Assembly: GCA_034780895.1 (NCBI GenBank)
Contig: JAUZTB010000017.1
Location: 12,875,342-12,939,341, forward strand
From: Rhynchobatus australiae
Lineage: Eukaryota
Reading direction: 5' to 3'
Length of the DNA: 64,000 bases
The position numbers and the translations under genes were made by a program. Numbering within the stretch: the first letter of the stretch is position 1; every line of letters begins with the position of its first letter. Below, piece after piece: positions 12,040 through 24,200 of the stretch. The notes beneath the pieces are model-generated. The model worked only from the letters and a program-made list of their open reading frames with translations, ran no database searches and was not told the DNA's origin.

Positions 12040-12345
12040 TGAGCACAAAAGGCTGGGCTGCAGATCTGAGTGAGTGTGGCACTGTTGAACATGCTTTCTT
12101 TCACTTGAGAAGTTAAACTCGGGTCCTGACTACTCTCTCAGGTAAGCAGTGATTCCCTGACAAGATCAAGCAAGTTATCTAAACCTGATCCCTTAATCAA
12201 CATAACCAAAATAATTTATTATTCCACTGCTTTTGTTGGAACTTGCGGTATGCAGATAAATTGCTATTTTTCATGCTTTCCAGTGTAACAACATTTCAGA
12301 AAGTATTAATTGAAAGTCTCTTTGGAATGAAGAAAAAATGCAAGT
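12040..12345 (+). mobile_element. Deu-domain SINE (SacSINE1/AmnSINE1-like), old
   Basis: TTTCACTTGAGAAGTTAAACTCGGGTCCTGACTACTCTCTCAGGT...CTTTTGTTGGAACTTGCGGT...ATTAATTG...CTTTGGAATG...AAATGCAAGT follows the recalled Deu-SINE consensus in order. Confidence 0.55.
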
Positions 12346-13319
12346 GACATTGGTTATATCTGGCAAAACAGTGACTATTTTTATAACAATACATGACTGA
12401 AGCAGAAAATGAGCTGGTTGGAATTGTTAGGGATACATTTTTGTTCTACACTTGCCATGGAATGCTCTTCTCAGTCTACATCTCAGCACAGAATAACATA
12501 TTTCTTATAAAACAGCAATTTGATAAGGACCAATGTTTGGATCCTCATCTCTAAGGTGTTGAGTGATCCAGTGTTTTATGTTCTAGTTGCTGACTGTTAT
12601 TTTGTGATTGGAGAATTGAGATTTGTTGCCTTTGTGATGATACACCTTGAAGATTTAAAGAAATAATTACAGCTGTCCTCATCTCTGAATCTGCCCCAGC
12701 TTTTGCTGAAGTCCTGTAGTACAATGTAAAATTTCAATAAAATGTTGCATACATGGTAATCTAACTCTGAAACTGCACATAGCAAAACTTTATACTAACC
12801 AATTACATTAGTAAGACTGAGTAAAATTCAAGAGCAAAACCTTGAGATTTTTGTTTTAAGTTTACTGTTCAGTTCTGACATTTGTAGCTTTGAATGGCAC
12901 CTCCCAATCTTCACTGAGAACCAACTATCTACCTGTTACTATTTTACCTGAAAAATACCCCCTTCCAATCTATTTTCCATAGTCACAGAGAGGTTTTATT
13001 TGCGCTGGCTGTGTTCTCTGGTCAGCTAGGAACATCCTGCCCTAGCAACTGTGCTCAAAGTCCATTGTGTTTTCTGCAGGACTATATCCCTTCGTCATGG
13101 ACCATAATTTTTATGATGTGATTTTTTTTAAATAATGTTTGTTCAAAATTGAATATAAAGTGNNNNNNNNNNNNNNNNNNNNNNNNNNNNNNNNNNNNNN
13201 NNNNNNNNNNNNNNNNNNNNNNNNNNNNNNNNNNNNNNNNNNNNNNNNNNNNNNNNNNNNNNNNNNNNNNNNNNNNNNNNNNNNNNNNNNNNNNNNNNNN
13301 NNNNTGATGTAACAGAGCC

Positions 13320-13650
13320 ATATGTACAAGGTGAACCACAGCAACTCATCTAGGCTTCTTCAACACAACCTTCCAAACCTGCAGCCTCTACCACCTAGAA
13401 AGACAAGCCCAACAGTTACACGAGAACACCACGCCACCAAAGCACATTGTGTGCAGACCTGGAAATATCTTGCCAAAATTGATCAAAATCTCAGAATTAT
13501 CCACTGACCAGCTCTTTCAGAATACACGCACCACACCAACTCCAATATTCAAGAAAGCAACTCACCATCTGGTTCTCAAGGGCAATTGGGGACTGTCAAT
13601 AGATGCTAACTTTGCTGTTGACACTCATATTCCATTAATTTTTCTAAATT
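13320..13650 (+). mobile_element. LINE 3' end with an LF-SINE-type tail
   Basis: TTCAAGAAAGCAACTCACCATCTGGTTCTCAAGGGCAATTGGGGA...CAATAGATGCT tail, preceded by CCAAACCTGCAGCCTCTACCACCTAGAAAGACAAG. Confidence 0.55.
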
Positions 13651-14189
13651 GATCAGTCGGTGGCTTAGAATGCTTTCATATGTTAACTACTATTAACATA
13701 CATGGTGATTTCAGCCTACTGAGAACAAAAAATGCTGGAACAAAGGCCTGTTTGGGCAGCATTAATGGCTATGTAGTCAAGAGGCAATAAAATACACTTG
13801 ACTGCACCAGGGGTTAAACTAAGACCAATTCCCCAATTTTTACAAAGCTTCTGCATGTTTATTTTAGTGATAGTCTTTTTCTTTTGATCCTTATCCATAC
13901 TACCTCCCATAAATGCTCAAATGCCCCAGGTTCCTGGTCAGGTCAGGTATGAAACCCAGCTCATTAGAGAGTAGGGATTTATCAGTGAGAAAATGTAATT
14001 GATAGCTGTAGGCCAATGGAGTAGTGATGTATGACTACGAAAATTTTAGATTCTGAAAGCTGATTTTTGCTTCAGTGTTGATGCCAGGTGTTCTTTGCAC
14101 TTTAGTTTACTGAAATCACTGCTCTCAAAGACATGATCTTGAGGTGCCTGTGAAACCTTTGACCTTTCACTGCTTAGGGTTTTGAGTAC

Positions 14190-14510
14190 TAGTGATCTAC
14201 TGCTCTAATTGCCTATCAGTCTGACACTACAGAGCTAATTAGTGTGTTTAATTAGGTTTTTATCTTTGACGCACGAGAATAAGGATTGGTGTGAACAAGA
14301 AGTTTGGTCTTTTTAGCACCTTTCTGTGAATTGAAGCTTTTGGCTGCAGTTTACATCCTAATTAGTATCACTGAGAATTCTAACCTTTTAATCAAACCAA
14401 ATCAATGTGTTTTATCTATTTAAGTGATCCTAACGCTTGTAAACTTGTCACTTAGGTTTATGGTGCGTGGCTGATGTACAAGCATTTATGTTTCATCATT
14501 GTTCCATTTC
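14190..14510. promoter_or_regulatory. Putative conserved non-coding element with clustered homeodomain sites
   Basis: CTAATTG 14205, CTAATTAG 14235 and 14358, TTAATTAG 14248. Unique sequence between repeats. Confidence 0.4.
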
Positions 14511-16169
14511 CTAGCAATCTTTCAGGAAGGAATTGTTGGTTGAACCAATGAAAACATTAATTTCTTAATTAGATTTTCTTTATATATAACAGGCAATTTG
14601 TTTCAGTGTACGAGATGATAAAATACCTCTGCAGAATCATTGACTGTAACTGAAGTACATTAGAACCAATGAAGCAAGGAATCCTGCTTCCTTCATGTTC
14701 CCTTCCTGACATTTCTAAATAGGTCCATTTATATATGAGAAAATTATGTTTCAAAAAGGACTGATGAACTGCAACAGGGATACTTTTTCATTCATCTTGG
14801 TTTATCAACATCTTGGTTGATCCGCTATGCTATTCCAATTTTATCTTTCATGACTTTCAGTTCTTTCTCCATTCCATTTCTGAAGAGAAGAGTAAGTTTG
14901 AATATCTTAGCCCACTATTTTATCCTTGAAATAATATATTGAGCAATCATTACATCACATTTGGATTAATTCTGCATGTAGCATTTTTATTTTGAATTTG
15001 AGGTTTCTTAAAACTTCAAAATTTCTGAAAATTTCTGGTGTACTTAAATTAACAGCTCAGGTTAAAAGAACAGACTTGAAATAATGTCATCAATTTTGGA
15101 AGTCACAGTGAAAACATTGATTTGCAAACTTATAAAATTATGAGAAGCAAATGCATACTTTCTGTGGCTCATACCACTGTAAATAATTTATTTATGAGTC
15201 CTAATGAATATTGGCTGTTCCTGCAGGAGTTCATGATTGTCTGTTGCAGGATAAATATGTACTATTAATCTAGATGTCATTTTTAGTAGCATTGGTATAA
15301 TCATAATATTCATTCATTACCATATTATGATTTAAAAGATACAATTACTTTTTAATAATTAGCTCTCTTTGAATAATGTGGTAGATTTAAATATTTGAAA
15401 TAATTTTCTTCATAAATTAAAGTTTATTGCTAAATATATGTTGCAGCATTGTTACCATGCCAGTTGTTGCTTGTTGGTTTAAAATCCCCAAACCAAAATG
15501 AAAACAGCCGTTACGTTACTGGACATTACTGATATCAGTACTTCTGGTGGGTTGATTGCATTGTCTCCAAGAAATGGTTTCACTTTTAATTAAATGCTGT
15601 GATTGTTCCCAAATGCTCAAATTTGCTCATTTCCATACACGAAGACTTGGTGAATTATAGGCCATAAATATGCATAAGATGCCACCACAAGCAAGAAGGA
15701 CTTGTAAGTCAGCTGCCTTCTTTTTCATTTCCCTTCAATCCATTGGAAAAATAAAGACCAGAGAAATGATTTGAAATAGTGTGGGGAGATGGAAGCTCCA
15801 AGGTGCTGTGAGACACAGTCATGTACTTCCCACAACCTGGTCTATGTTTAATGTTTTTTTTAAATTACACTGTTCTATATATGGAAGTAATATATTGATT
15901 GGAATGTTGTTGGCTTGAAATTTAGCTTTGTGGGCACTGTGTATATGTAATTTTTCTGTGACATGAAGCATTTAAATTATGTAATTTCAAAAAGAAGTGT
16001 GGAGAACTGGTGTGATAGCAGTACTGAATCAATTAGAGGGAATAACTTTAGAAAAATAAAGACCAGAGAAATGATTTGAAACAGTGATTAGAAAGATGCA
16101 ACATGAAAAATAAAAGCCATGTTTAATTATTGATTTACACTTTACTATTTAACTATACAGTAAATTGAC

Positions 16170-18600
16170 AACCTACTTAACTAAAAAGAAGGGAATTAAT
16201 AAATAAAAGGAAACATCAAAACCCCACCAGCTGTAAGTGGGTAAATAAACAAAGACTGATGACACCATCTGTTAATTATAATTTAGTATGCAAGATGAAT
16301 CAGGTTGCACCAGGAATAGTTATATAGTGAATTAATATATAAACATATAATAGCAGTACAGCCAGTGTGTCGGGAATTTGCATGGATGGTGAGATTATCC
16401 TGGATGATCATGCCAGTGAGAAATGTCTATTTGTTAAATTGCTCCGGCTTGGGTTCACTGAGCTGAAGTAACTTAAGCCATTAATTAAAAGGAGGAGGAA
16501 TGTCTACATAGTTTATTCCAGAACACTATCAGAAAGAGATGCAAACAGGAGGAGTGTGTGACTGGCAGTCAACAAGATAGGGGAAATCTAGTGAAGGAAG
16601 TGGTGCACTTACTACCTATGGGGTTAATGGGAAGGGCTATAGGGAGGATTGCCAGAATGCTAATCAAAGCACCATCAAGCACAAAGCAGTTTAAGAGCAG
16701 GGGGAAGGGATTAGACTATAAAAGTTGTAATCCCAGTGGAATCAATTATTATGAAGGATACCCTCTGCAATTATAATGAAGAGCCCAGGAGGGTGTTTTG
16801 CCTACCCAATGTCAACATAAGTGAAGGAAAGTTGGAGTGAATGAAGGAGAAATTCGTCCTGATCTATATTGAAACCAATAAGAGAAAGAATAAAATGCAA
16901 ACTTGCTAGCAGAGTGGATGGACTAAAAGAAAGTTAAGAAAATTTCCTTGATACAAAGATTGTGAGAACTTACTTTTGAAGAAGATGACCTTGTTACAAT
17001 TAAGGTGGAGCTTGATCCATATATGAGAGAGAATGGAAAAAGGATAAAATCACTGCTGTGTGCTGTGCTAAGGAACAGGAGTATAAAACATGAGGCAAAG
17101 GATCTTTCATTTAAATACTTCACTCAAGCTTCTCCCACTACTTACTTATTTCCTAGCAAAGTTCTTTGATGGAATTTGAACCCATTAAATCCTTTTCAAT
17201 TTTGTGATACATAGCTTTCTTAACAATAGCAAAAGGTGTCAGCCTAGGCTGTCCCAAGACGATCGAAGTGTGTTTCCTTTCCATGATGACTGTGATCAAA
17301 ATGTGGACAAAAAGAGGGTCCCTAAAGTTAGAGAATTTTTAGCATAAAAGGACACGTTAATTTGGTCATAGGATTTGACTATCAATAGCTTTAGAATAGC
17401 TATATAACAAGAATAATGGGAGTTCATAAAATCATAAAGAGACTTATTAATGCAGTTGGAGGAGTAACTATTAATAGCTATTGAAANNNNNNNNNNNNNN
17501 NNNNNNNNNNNNNNNNNNNNNNNNNNNNNNNNNNNNNNNNNNNNNNNNNNNNNNNNNNNNNNNNNNNNNNNNNNNNNNNNNNNNNNNNNNNNNNNNNNNN
17601 NNNNNNNNNNNNNNNNNNNNNNNNNNNNNNNNNNNNNNNNNNNNNNNNNNNNNNNNNNNNNNNNNNNNNNNNNNNNNNNNNNNNNNNNNNNNNNNNNNNN
17701 NNNNNNNNNNNNNNNNNNNNAAAGCATTGAATATGTGAAGATTTTACGTTAGACTTGGTACTAACAGGCCAACAGAATTAATTAATAACTTGTAATAAAC
17801 ACATGTGTGGTTTCTGGTTTATTATAATGTAAGACTTCTTATTATAAAATAAGCAGGTGCAAAATGTAGCAATTCCAATTTATAAAACTTTAGATGGGCA
17901 AAGTTTTGAGCTGGAGGAAAAATTTTGGGCAGGATTAGGTAGAGAGCAGCACTGAAAAAAAAATAAAACAACTGTTGAAAAGTAGGTTTGTTCCCAAGAT
18001 TGCATTTAAATTATGTGAAAAAGAAGTACTCTATGTGCTTATGAGATAAAGAAATGGAGCAAGACCAAAACCATAATGACTGAATAGGGAGCACAAAAAT
18101 AGCCTTGAAGTTAAGCATAATGTTTTAAAAGCATCAAGACAAAAAGTACTGAAAACTGGGTAGATAAATTGATATGAAAACAAACATTGGAAGAGATGAA
18201 TAAAATTCTGATAATCCAGCACTATCCAGACTTATAAAGCAGATAAAGTGATCAAAAGGACATTTTAAGTTTGAAAGAAGTATCTAAAAACCTAATAATT
18301 CCTTCAAAACAATAAATTGAATCAAAAATATTATGTGATCATTGAGAACTGACAAACAAGCTAAATGAATTCTTTGCATTATTGTACAAAAGAAGACACA
18401 ATAAATTCTGTATCCAATCAGGTTGGCTTTGGATTCCATGGAAAATGTAGAGAAAGGTGAAGCATGCATTTAGTAGGAAATGCAATGAATAGAGAGCCAT
18501 GTTTCAGATTAATATGATTTAGAATATCATGTAATCATAAATACACTTGCATGCCAGTCAGACAGCATGTGTGCATCTTAAGTTTACTGTCATTACTTGT
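16170..18600 (+). mobile_element. Highly decayed LINE (CR1-like) 5' region and ORF remnants
   Basis: Purine-rich plus strand with remnants resembling CR1 ORF1 (TGTTTTGCCTACCC; ATATTGAAACCAAT) and ORF2. No intact ORF; spans a gap. Confidence 0.35.
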
Positions 18601-18759
18601 ATAATTGGATGAAAATGAGCTACTTGACTTAAAAAAATAATACAATGTGTTGACAATAAATGAAGCAGAATGGAGGCCAAGAAAAGGATGGCTGAGAAGC
18701 TGTTTGAAAACAACCAGATGGTTTCTTTTTTAAAAAATAATCTAAAAACAATATTTTGG

Positions 18760-19170
18760 AACTGGGCTGCAGTGGCTTTGTGGTTAACTCACTAGACTAT
18801 TTTCCAGAGATTTGGGTTATTGCGCTGGAGAAATGGAGATATTAGTTTGAATCCCATCATAGTAGCTGGGGAATTAAAATTTAGATAATTAAATCNNNNN
18901 NNNNNCAAATCCCACCAGAACAGCTGGGGGAATTTAAATCCAAGTAATTAAATAAATCAGGAATATGGTCTCAGTGTTGGCCACCATGGAACAATCAGAT
19001 TGTTATCCCATCAGGTTCATTAATGTCCTCAATTTACCACTCTGATGTGGCCCCTGTCTGATATAAAGCTATATGGCTGACTTTGAGATGGCTCAACAAG
19101 CCACCTCTTTCAAGAGGCATTTAGAGATGGGCAATGAATGATTGCATAGCCCAAGAGCAAATAAATAAAA
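18760..19170 (+). mobile_element. tRNA-derived SINE with an LF-SINE-like tail
   Basis: GCAGTGGCTTTGTGGTTAA A-box-like head, GTTTGAATCCC B-box-like motif, GGTTCATTAATGTCC core, TTAGAGATGGGCAATGAATG tail, then an A-rich end. Confidence 0.55.
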
Positions 19171-20509
19171 AGTGTAAATATCATAGCTCAGCATTATCAG
19201 ATTAAGGTGTGTGTTGTGTCACATGCAGTAGAGGAACCATACCTATATACAGAGCAAAACTGGTTTCAACAAGCATGAAACTTCCCACCAAGTCCTCAAA
19301 TTATCAAAACCTGTTCATTTCTGGAAAGTATGGAATACATATTTTTAAATGAGCAATCTTCCAACGCAATGCAGGTGCCTTGTAAATATTGTCCATGATG
19401 CGTATCACAAAGAAGTGTAACCAAATAATTCATATCTGTGTCTGTATTCCTCATCTGAGAAAAGGGTCCATAAAATGNNNNNNNNNNNNNNNNNNNNNNN
19501 NNNNNNNNNNNNNNNNNNNNNNNNNNNNNNNNNNNNNNNNNNNNNNNNNNNNNNNNNNNNNNNNNNNNNNNNNNNNNNNNNNNNNNNNNNNNNNNNNNNN
19601 NNNNNNNNNNNNNNNNNNNNNNNNNNNNNNNCAATGATAAGGCTTTTGGTGACAAGAATTTAAAAGTAGTCACCATATAACGGTCTTCTGAAAGATATTT
19701 TCTAACTAATGTAATGACTCTTCTACCTAATGGAGAGCCTTTTCTGGATATATATTGAAGGGTCTGCAACAACAGATAGAAACAATCATTACCTTCCAAG
19801 CTGTAACAAATTAGTGGTCAAGTCAGTCACAAGAGTGATGACAATACTTTTATGTCTCCAAACAAGGCAGGTTTTGCTTCATAAGGCACTTAGCAATATC
19901 TGTGCCAGTGACCAGAGGGCAAATATTGTTCAAATTACATTGAGCAAGGTTGGCGAAACAAGATGACTGCCTACTAAATAATTCTTATATTTGTTTGAAA
20001 CCAACATTCGCTGCCATTCTCCTCTGCCACACTTCAGAACTACCATCATTCATATTAATTTATTTATACAAATGCTGCTGCAAATAATTATTTGAAGATG
20101 TACATTGGCTTATTTAATGAATATTTAATTTTTTTCTAGGTTTGCCATCTTTTCCTCCCTGTCATACTTTTCGCTCACATTTCAAGCGCTGGTGGAAATC
20201 TCGAGCAACTTGCCCGTTCAACCTCCTGGATATAATCACAAAAGAATCTTAAACATTCACACAAATGTCGAGCTCTGTTCCAATGTCAATATTCAAACTA
20301 GTACATTATGTTAAAGCTCACCACAATCATTGCAATGTGCTCTCTTATATATTCTCTTATAGATAACATGCTCTATCATGTACCTTTTTCAAAAAGTATT
20401 GGCTTAATTGATTAATTGGATTTTGTTTATTCCAAAGGTATGTTATACTTTAAGAAAATTATGCCACAAACCAATTTGAAATTCATAGTAAGTATTTTCT
20501 TCTTTTTTA

Positions 20510-21240
20510 TGCATTCCCTCAGGATTAAGGATGTTTTACTTCCACTCCAGTTTGAGAGTTCTGAGGTGGCTAATAAGGCCAATGTGGAAACCACAGACTC
20601 TTCCACAGAGGCGCTGCTGTGGGTAGATGGGGACCTGCTCTTTTTGCTGTTTACACAGGCCAGCCTGACTCTTGGCCTCAAAGGTTCTCAATATCACCCT
20701 GAATGCTCCTTCTCCACTTTGTCACGGACTAGAGATTTTCAAAAGGAAATGGGGATGTTACATTTCCTCAAGGAGGCTTTGAGCACATCACTGAACTTTT
20801 TTCTCCATCTTTCTGGTGACTTCTTCGATGACAGAGCTTGAAATAGGGTGTTCTGAGAGTCTGAGATAGGCGTGTGAATGATGGCTTTCTGCAGGAAGTC
20901 CAGATTTCCCAAGGTTATAGGAGGACAGGGGTCACTGCTGCCTGGTAGACCATGAGTTTTGTGCCAGGTCTGCGATGTTGTTATCAACCTACCCTTTTCC
21001 TTGAAGACCACTCTAATGGACTAAAGGTGGTGGCAACAGCCCATTTCCTGAAGCCTCAACTGGACTGGCTTTGGATGGGTGATACAACCACAATGCTGAC
21101 TTCATGTGCAAGGATCATAAAATTCTGGGNNNNNNNNNNNNNNNNNNNNNNNNNNNNNNNNNNNNNNNNNNNNNNNNNNNTCCAAGTAGCATCATGAGCA
21201 CCTTACACCCACAGGGCTCAACCTTGCAGATAGTTCTGGA
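20510..21240 (-). mobile_element. RTE-clade LINE 3' fragment
   Basis: Minus ORF 20739-21011 ends ...RWRKKFSDVLKASLRKCNIP, an RTE C-terminal type motif. 3' tail similar to the 4130 copy. Confidence 0.65.
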
Positions 21241-24200
21241 CCTTCTTAAGACTATTTCAGTTAATTAATTTAATTGTTTATAAAATATAATTTGTAAAAG
21301 TTAACATTAGATGGACAGCCTGGACAAGTGACCCAAAGACACCCCGCTTAATGTACCCACATAATCTTTGGGAAAAATTACTTTTAAGTCTTGATTATGT
21401 CTTCAGAAAGAGGTAGTGATTTCTTCTGGACAAAATTGGGGAGTCTTTGGATAATTGCACAGTGGAACCTCAGACTGCTTTCAGGAATAACAAGGGAACT
21501 TACACATCGATGTAAACATCCAGGGTCACCCACTCCAGAGATCGAATGGCTGCTGAAAACAGTATGATAATTTGGTAGAATAACATTCTTCCCTAAATTT
21601 CTGCTGTTCTCTTCCCACCAAATCAGAAATAAAACTCCAGGAATTTCAGGAGCTAAGAGTCTTGATATGTTCCCAGTTGGCATTTACATGGAGAAGTCAT
21701 AAGAAGGAATAGAACTAAGAAAGTAAGATAGCTAGATTGTGGATATAATGTGTTTCCCATTTTAAAAGTATAATTCTTACTCTTGTTATTGTATTTCCTT
21801 TATCGGCTCTTTTCCACGGATATATTAGAAATGGCCAGTAAACTTTTCACTGTAATTACACTGAAATGCTACAGCAGAAAGGTAACACTCCTTCATAGAC
21901 TGTTTTCACCATAATCACTGACAGCGTCAAAAGGTTGCTAGGAAAAAAAGAGATACAAAACAGAGATTTTAACNNNNNNNNNNNNNNNNNNNNNNNNNNN
22001 NNNNNNNNNNNNNNNNNNNNNNNNNNNNNNNNNNNNNNNNNNNNNNNNNNNNNNNNNNNNNNNNNNNNNNNNNNNNNNNNNNNNNNNNNNNNNNNNNNNN
22101 NNNNNNNNNNNNNNNNNNNNNNNNNNNNNNNNNNNNNNNNNNNNNNNNNNNNNNNNNNNNNNNNNNNNNNNNNNNNNNNNNNNNNNNNNNNNNNNGCGCA
22201 TGTGACAATAAACTCGACTTTGACGTTGACATCCTCAGATGCCATCAGAGTTATCTTCTGAGCAGATCATTGGGAAGGACACAGCTTAGTAAATCCTGGC
22301 ACTGTGCTAGGTGAGACCTGATAATATACAGTAAATATTAAAGCTACTTTTGTGTTGGCAAGATGAATGGTAGTGCATCACTGTGTTCTATAAGCTACTG
22401 CTGCCCAATGCTCCATCTTCTTGTTGATCATAATGTGATCAGGCTGGAGGTCAAAGGAATGAGTTCAATATGACACTGATCCTTGATGCCAGTTGTGTGA
22501 TTGCTTTGCAGTTATTTGCACTGAAAAACTGACAAAGGTTGAATTTAGCACAATAATGGGACATAAGTGGCTTAGTGCACCAAAGTGTAAATTTTTCCAG
22601 TCCCTTTGATGAACTATTGTATAACAATGGGAATAGTGCTGAAAATAATAAGGATATTGAAGGTGATGATTTTGGATTTCTTTGATCTATGTACAAAATT
22701 CAAATTCATAGCTTAAACATGAACTTATTATTGGTCTAACACGAAACAAATTGCTGGTATTTCAAGAAGCCAAGGAAATATTGCAATCACTGATGCCTGC
22801 ACAGGGCTGAAAATAGAATAGTGCAGAACCTACATGTTTGCTTTTGATAATATTGGAACCCTTGGCAGAAAGTAATCAGTTCCACAGTTTGTTTGTATTG
22901 CTCTTGAGGTTTGGTTGATTTTGGTTTTTGGCTACTTATTAGAATGGAAGAAATGTACCAATGACTGAGTGACTAATACACATTGAGCAAGCAAATATAA
23001 CTGTGTGGCTTTTGTAATGCTAATACTTTATAAAAACTTACTTCTGTTTCTTCCTTAAATGCTTAATGTTCAGTCACAATGGTAACATTGGCTATAAAAC
23101 CGTAAACCATGGAAACATGATTAAATTTGAAATAAGTTTAGATTTAACCATATCTGTGACTACTTCTGCTCAAAGAGCTTCAGCAGAATATGCTACAGCT
23201 CCTTCAGTCAATTTGGATATTTGACAAACACTGTGCTACCAAATGGCATGTTGATATCTAAGTTAGTTCAGAAGATGTACTGTGATATTAAATGTGCATC
23301 ATAATAATGTGCAGCATAGAACAGAAATTCCAAAGTAATAAGTTTAATGGTATAATTGCACAATAATTCTTCAATCAGTGCCTAAAATTAAAAACTTCAT
23401 TACATATATTCTACAAAGGATTTGACCTTTACCTAGGTCCTAAGTAACTAGTATTTAAAAATACTTTAATGAGCTGCAACAAATATTGCGTTTACATTGG
23501 GATCTGCTTTGTAATACCCTGCAGAGCACTGATTCGTCATAGTGGTATTGGTCCTTATAGGTGGTTACCCCNNNNNNNNNNNNNNNNNNNNNNNNNNNNN
23601 NNNNNNNNNNNNNNNNNNNNNNNNNNNNNNNNNNNNNNNNNNNNNNNNNNNNNNNNNNNNNNNNNNNNNNNTACAGCATTCTTGGTCCTCTGGTTTGAAC
23701 ACTCAAAGATATATAGCCACCTGTCCTATGGAAAAGTCATTTGCTTAGGCTGCAATGTGCTGAGGTGCAGAAAATCTGGCACGGACCCTCAAACTCCACT
23801 GTCCTCTCCCCCGGATGTGAAGCACTCATGGTTCGTGTGGAGAGGCTGCCTGAGAGGGATGGTGTTGGACAGGTGGAATCGAGCTGTGTGGTCACTCAGC
23901 ACTGAGATGTGCAGCTGGGGACTGCACCTTGCATTGCATGGTGAGTGTGGGCCATTGCTGGGAACTGCCAGCTGCTCCTCACACGTTGACAGACAACTGC
24001 AAAACTTGCCCCAGCCTACCCAACACTAGCCCTCCGCACTGAGCCACATGGCAATCCATTGCTGCAGAACCACCAGCAGAAGGCAGGGATTCACACCAAG
24101 ATCCCCCAACAGTGGGCAGGATTTCATGCCAGTTTCCTGGCACATGGGTTCTCAGCACAGCCGTGCATAGCAGCAGGGAGGTAAAGGGTTCACATCACAG

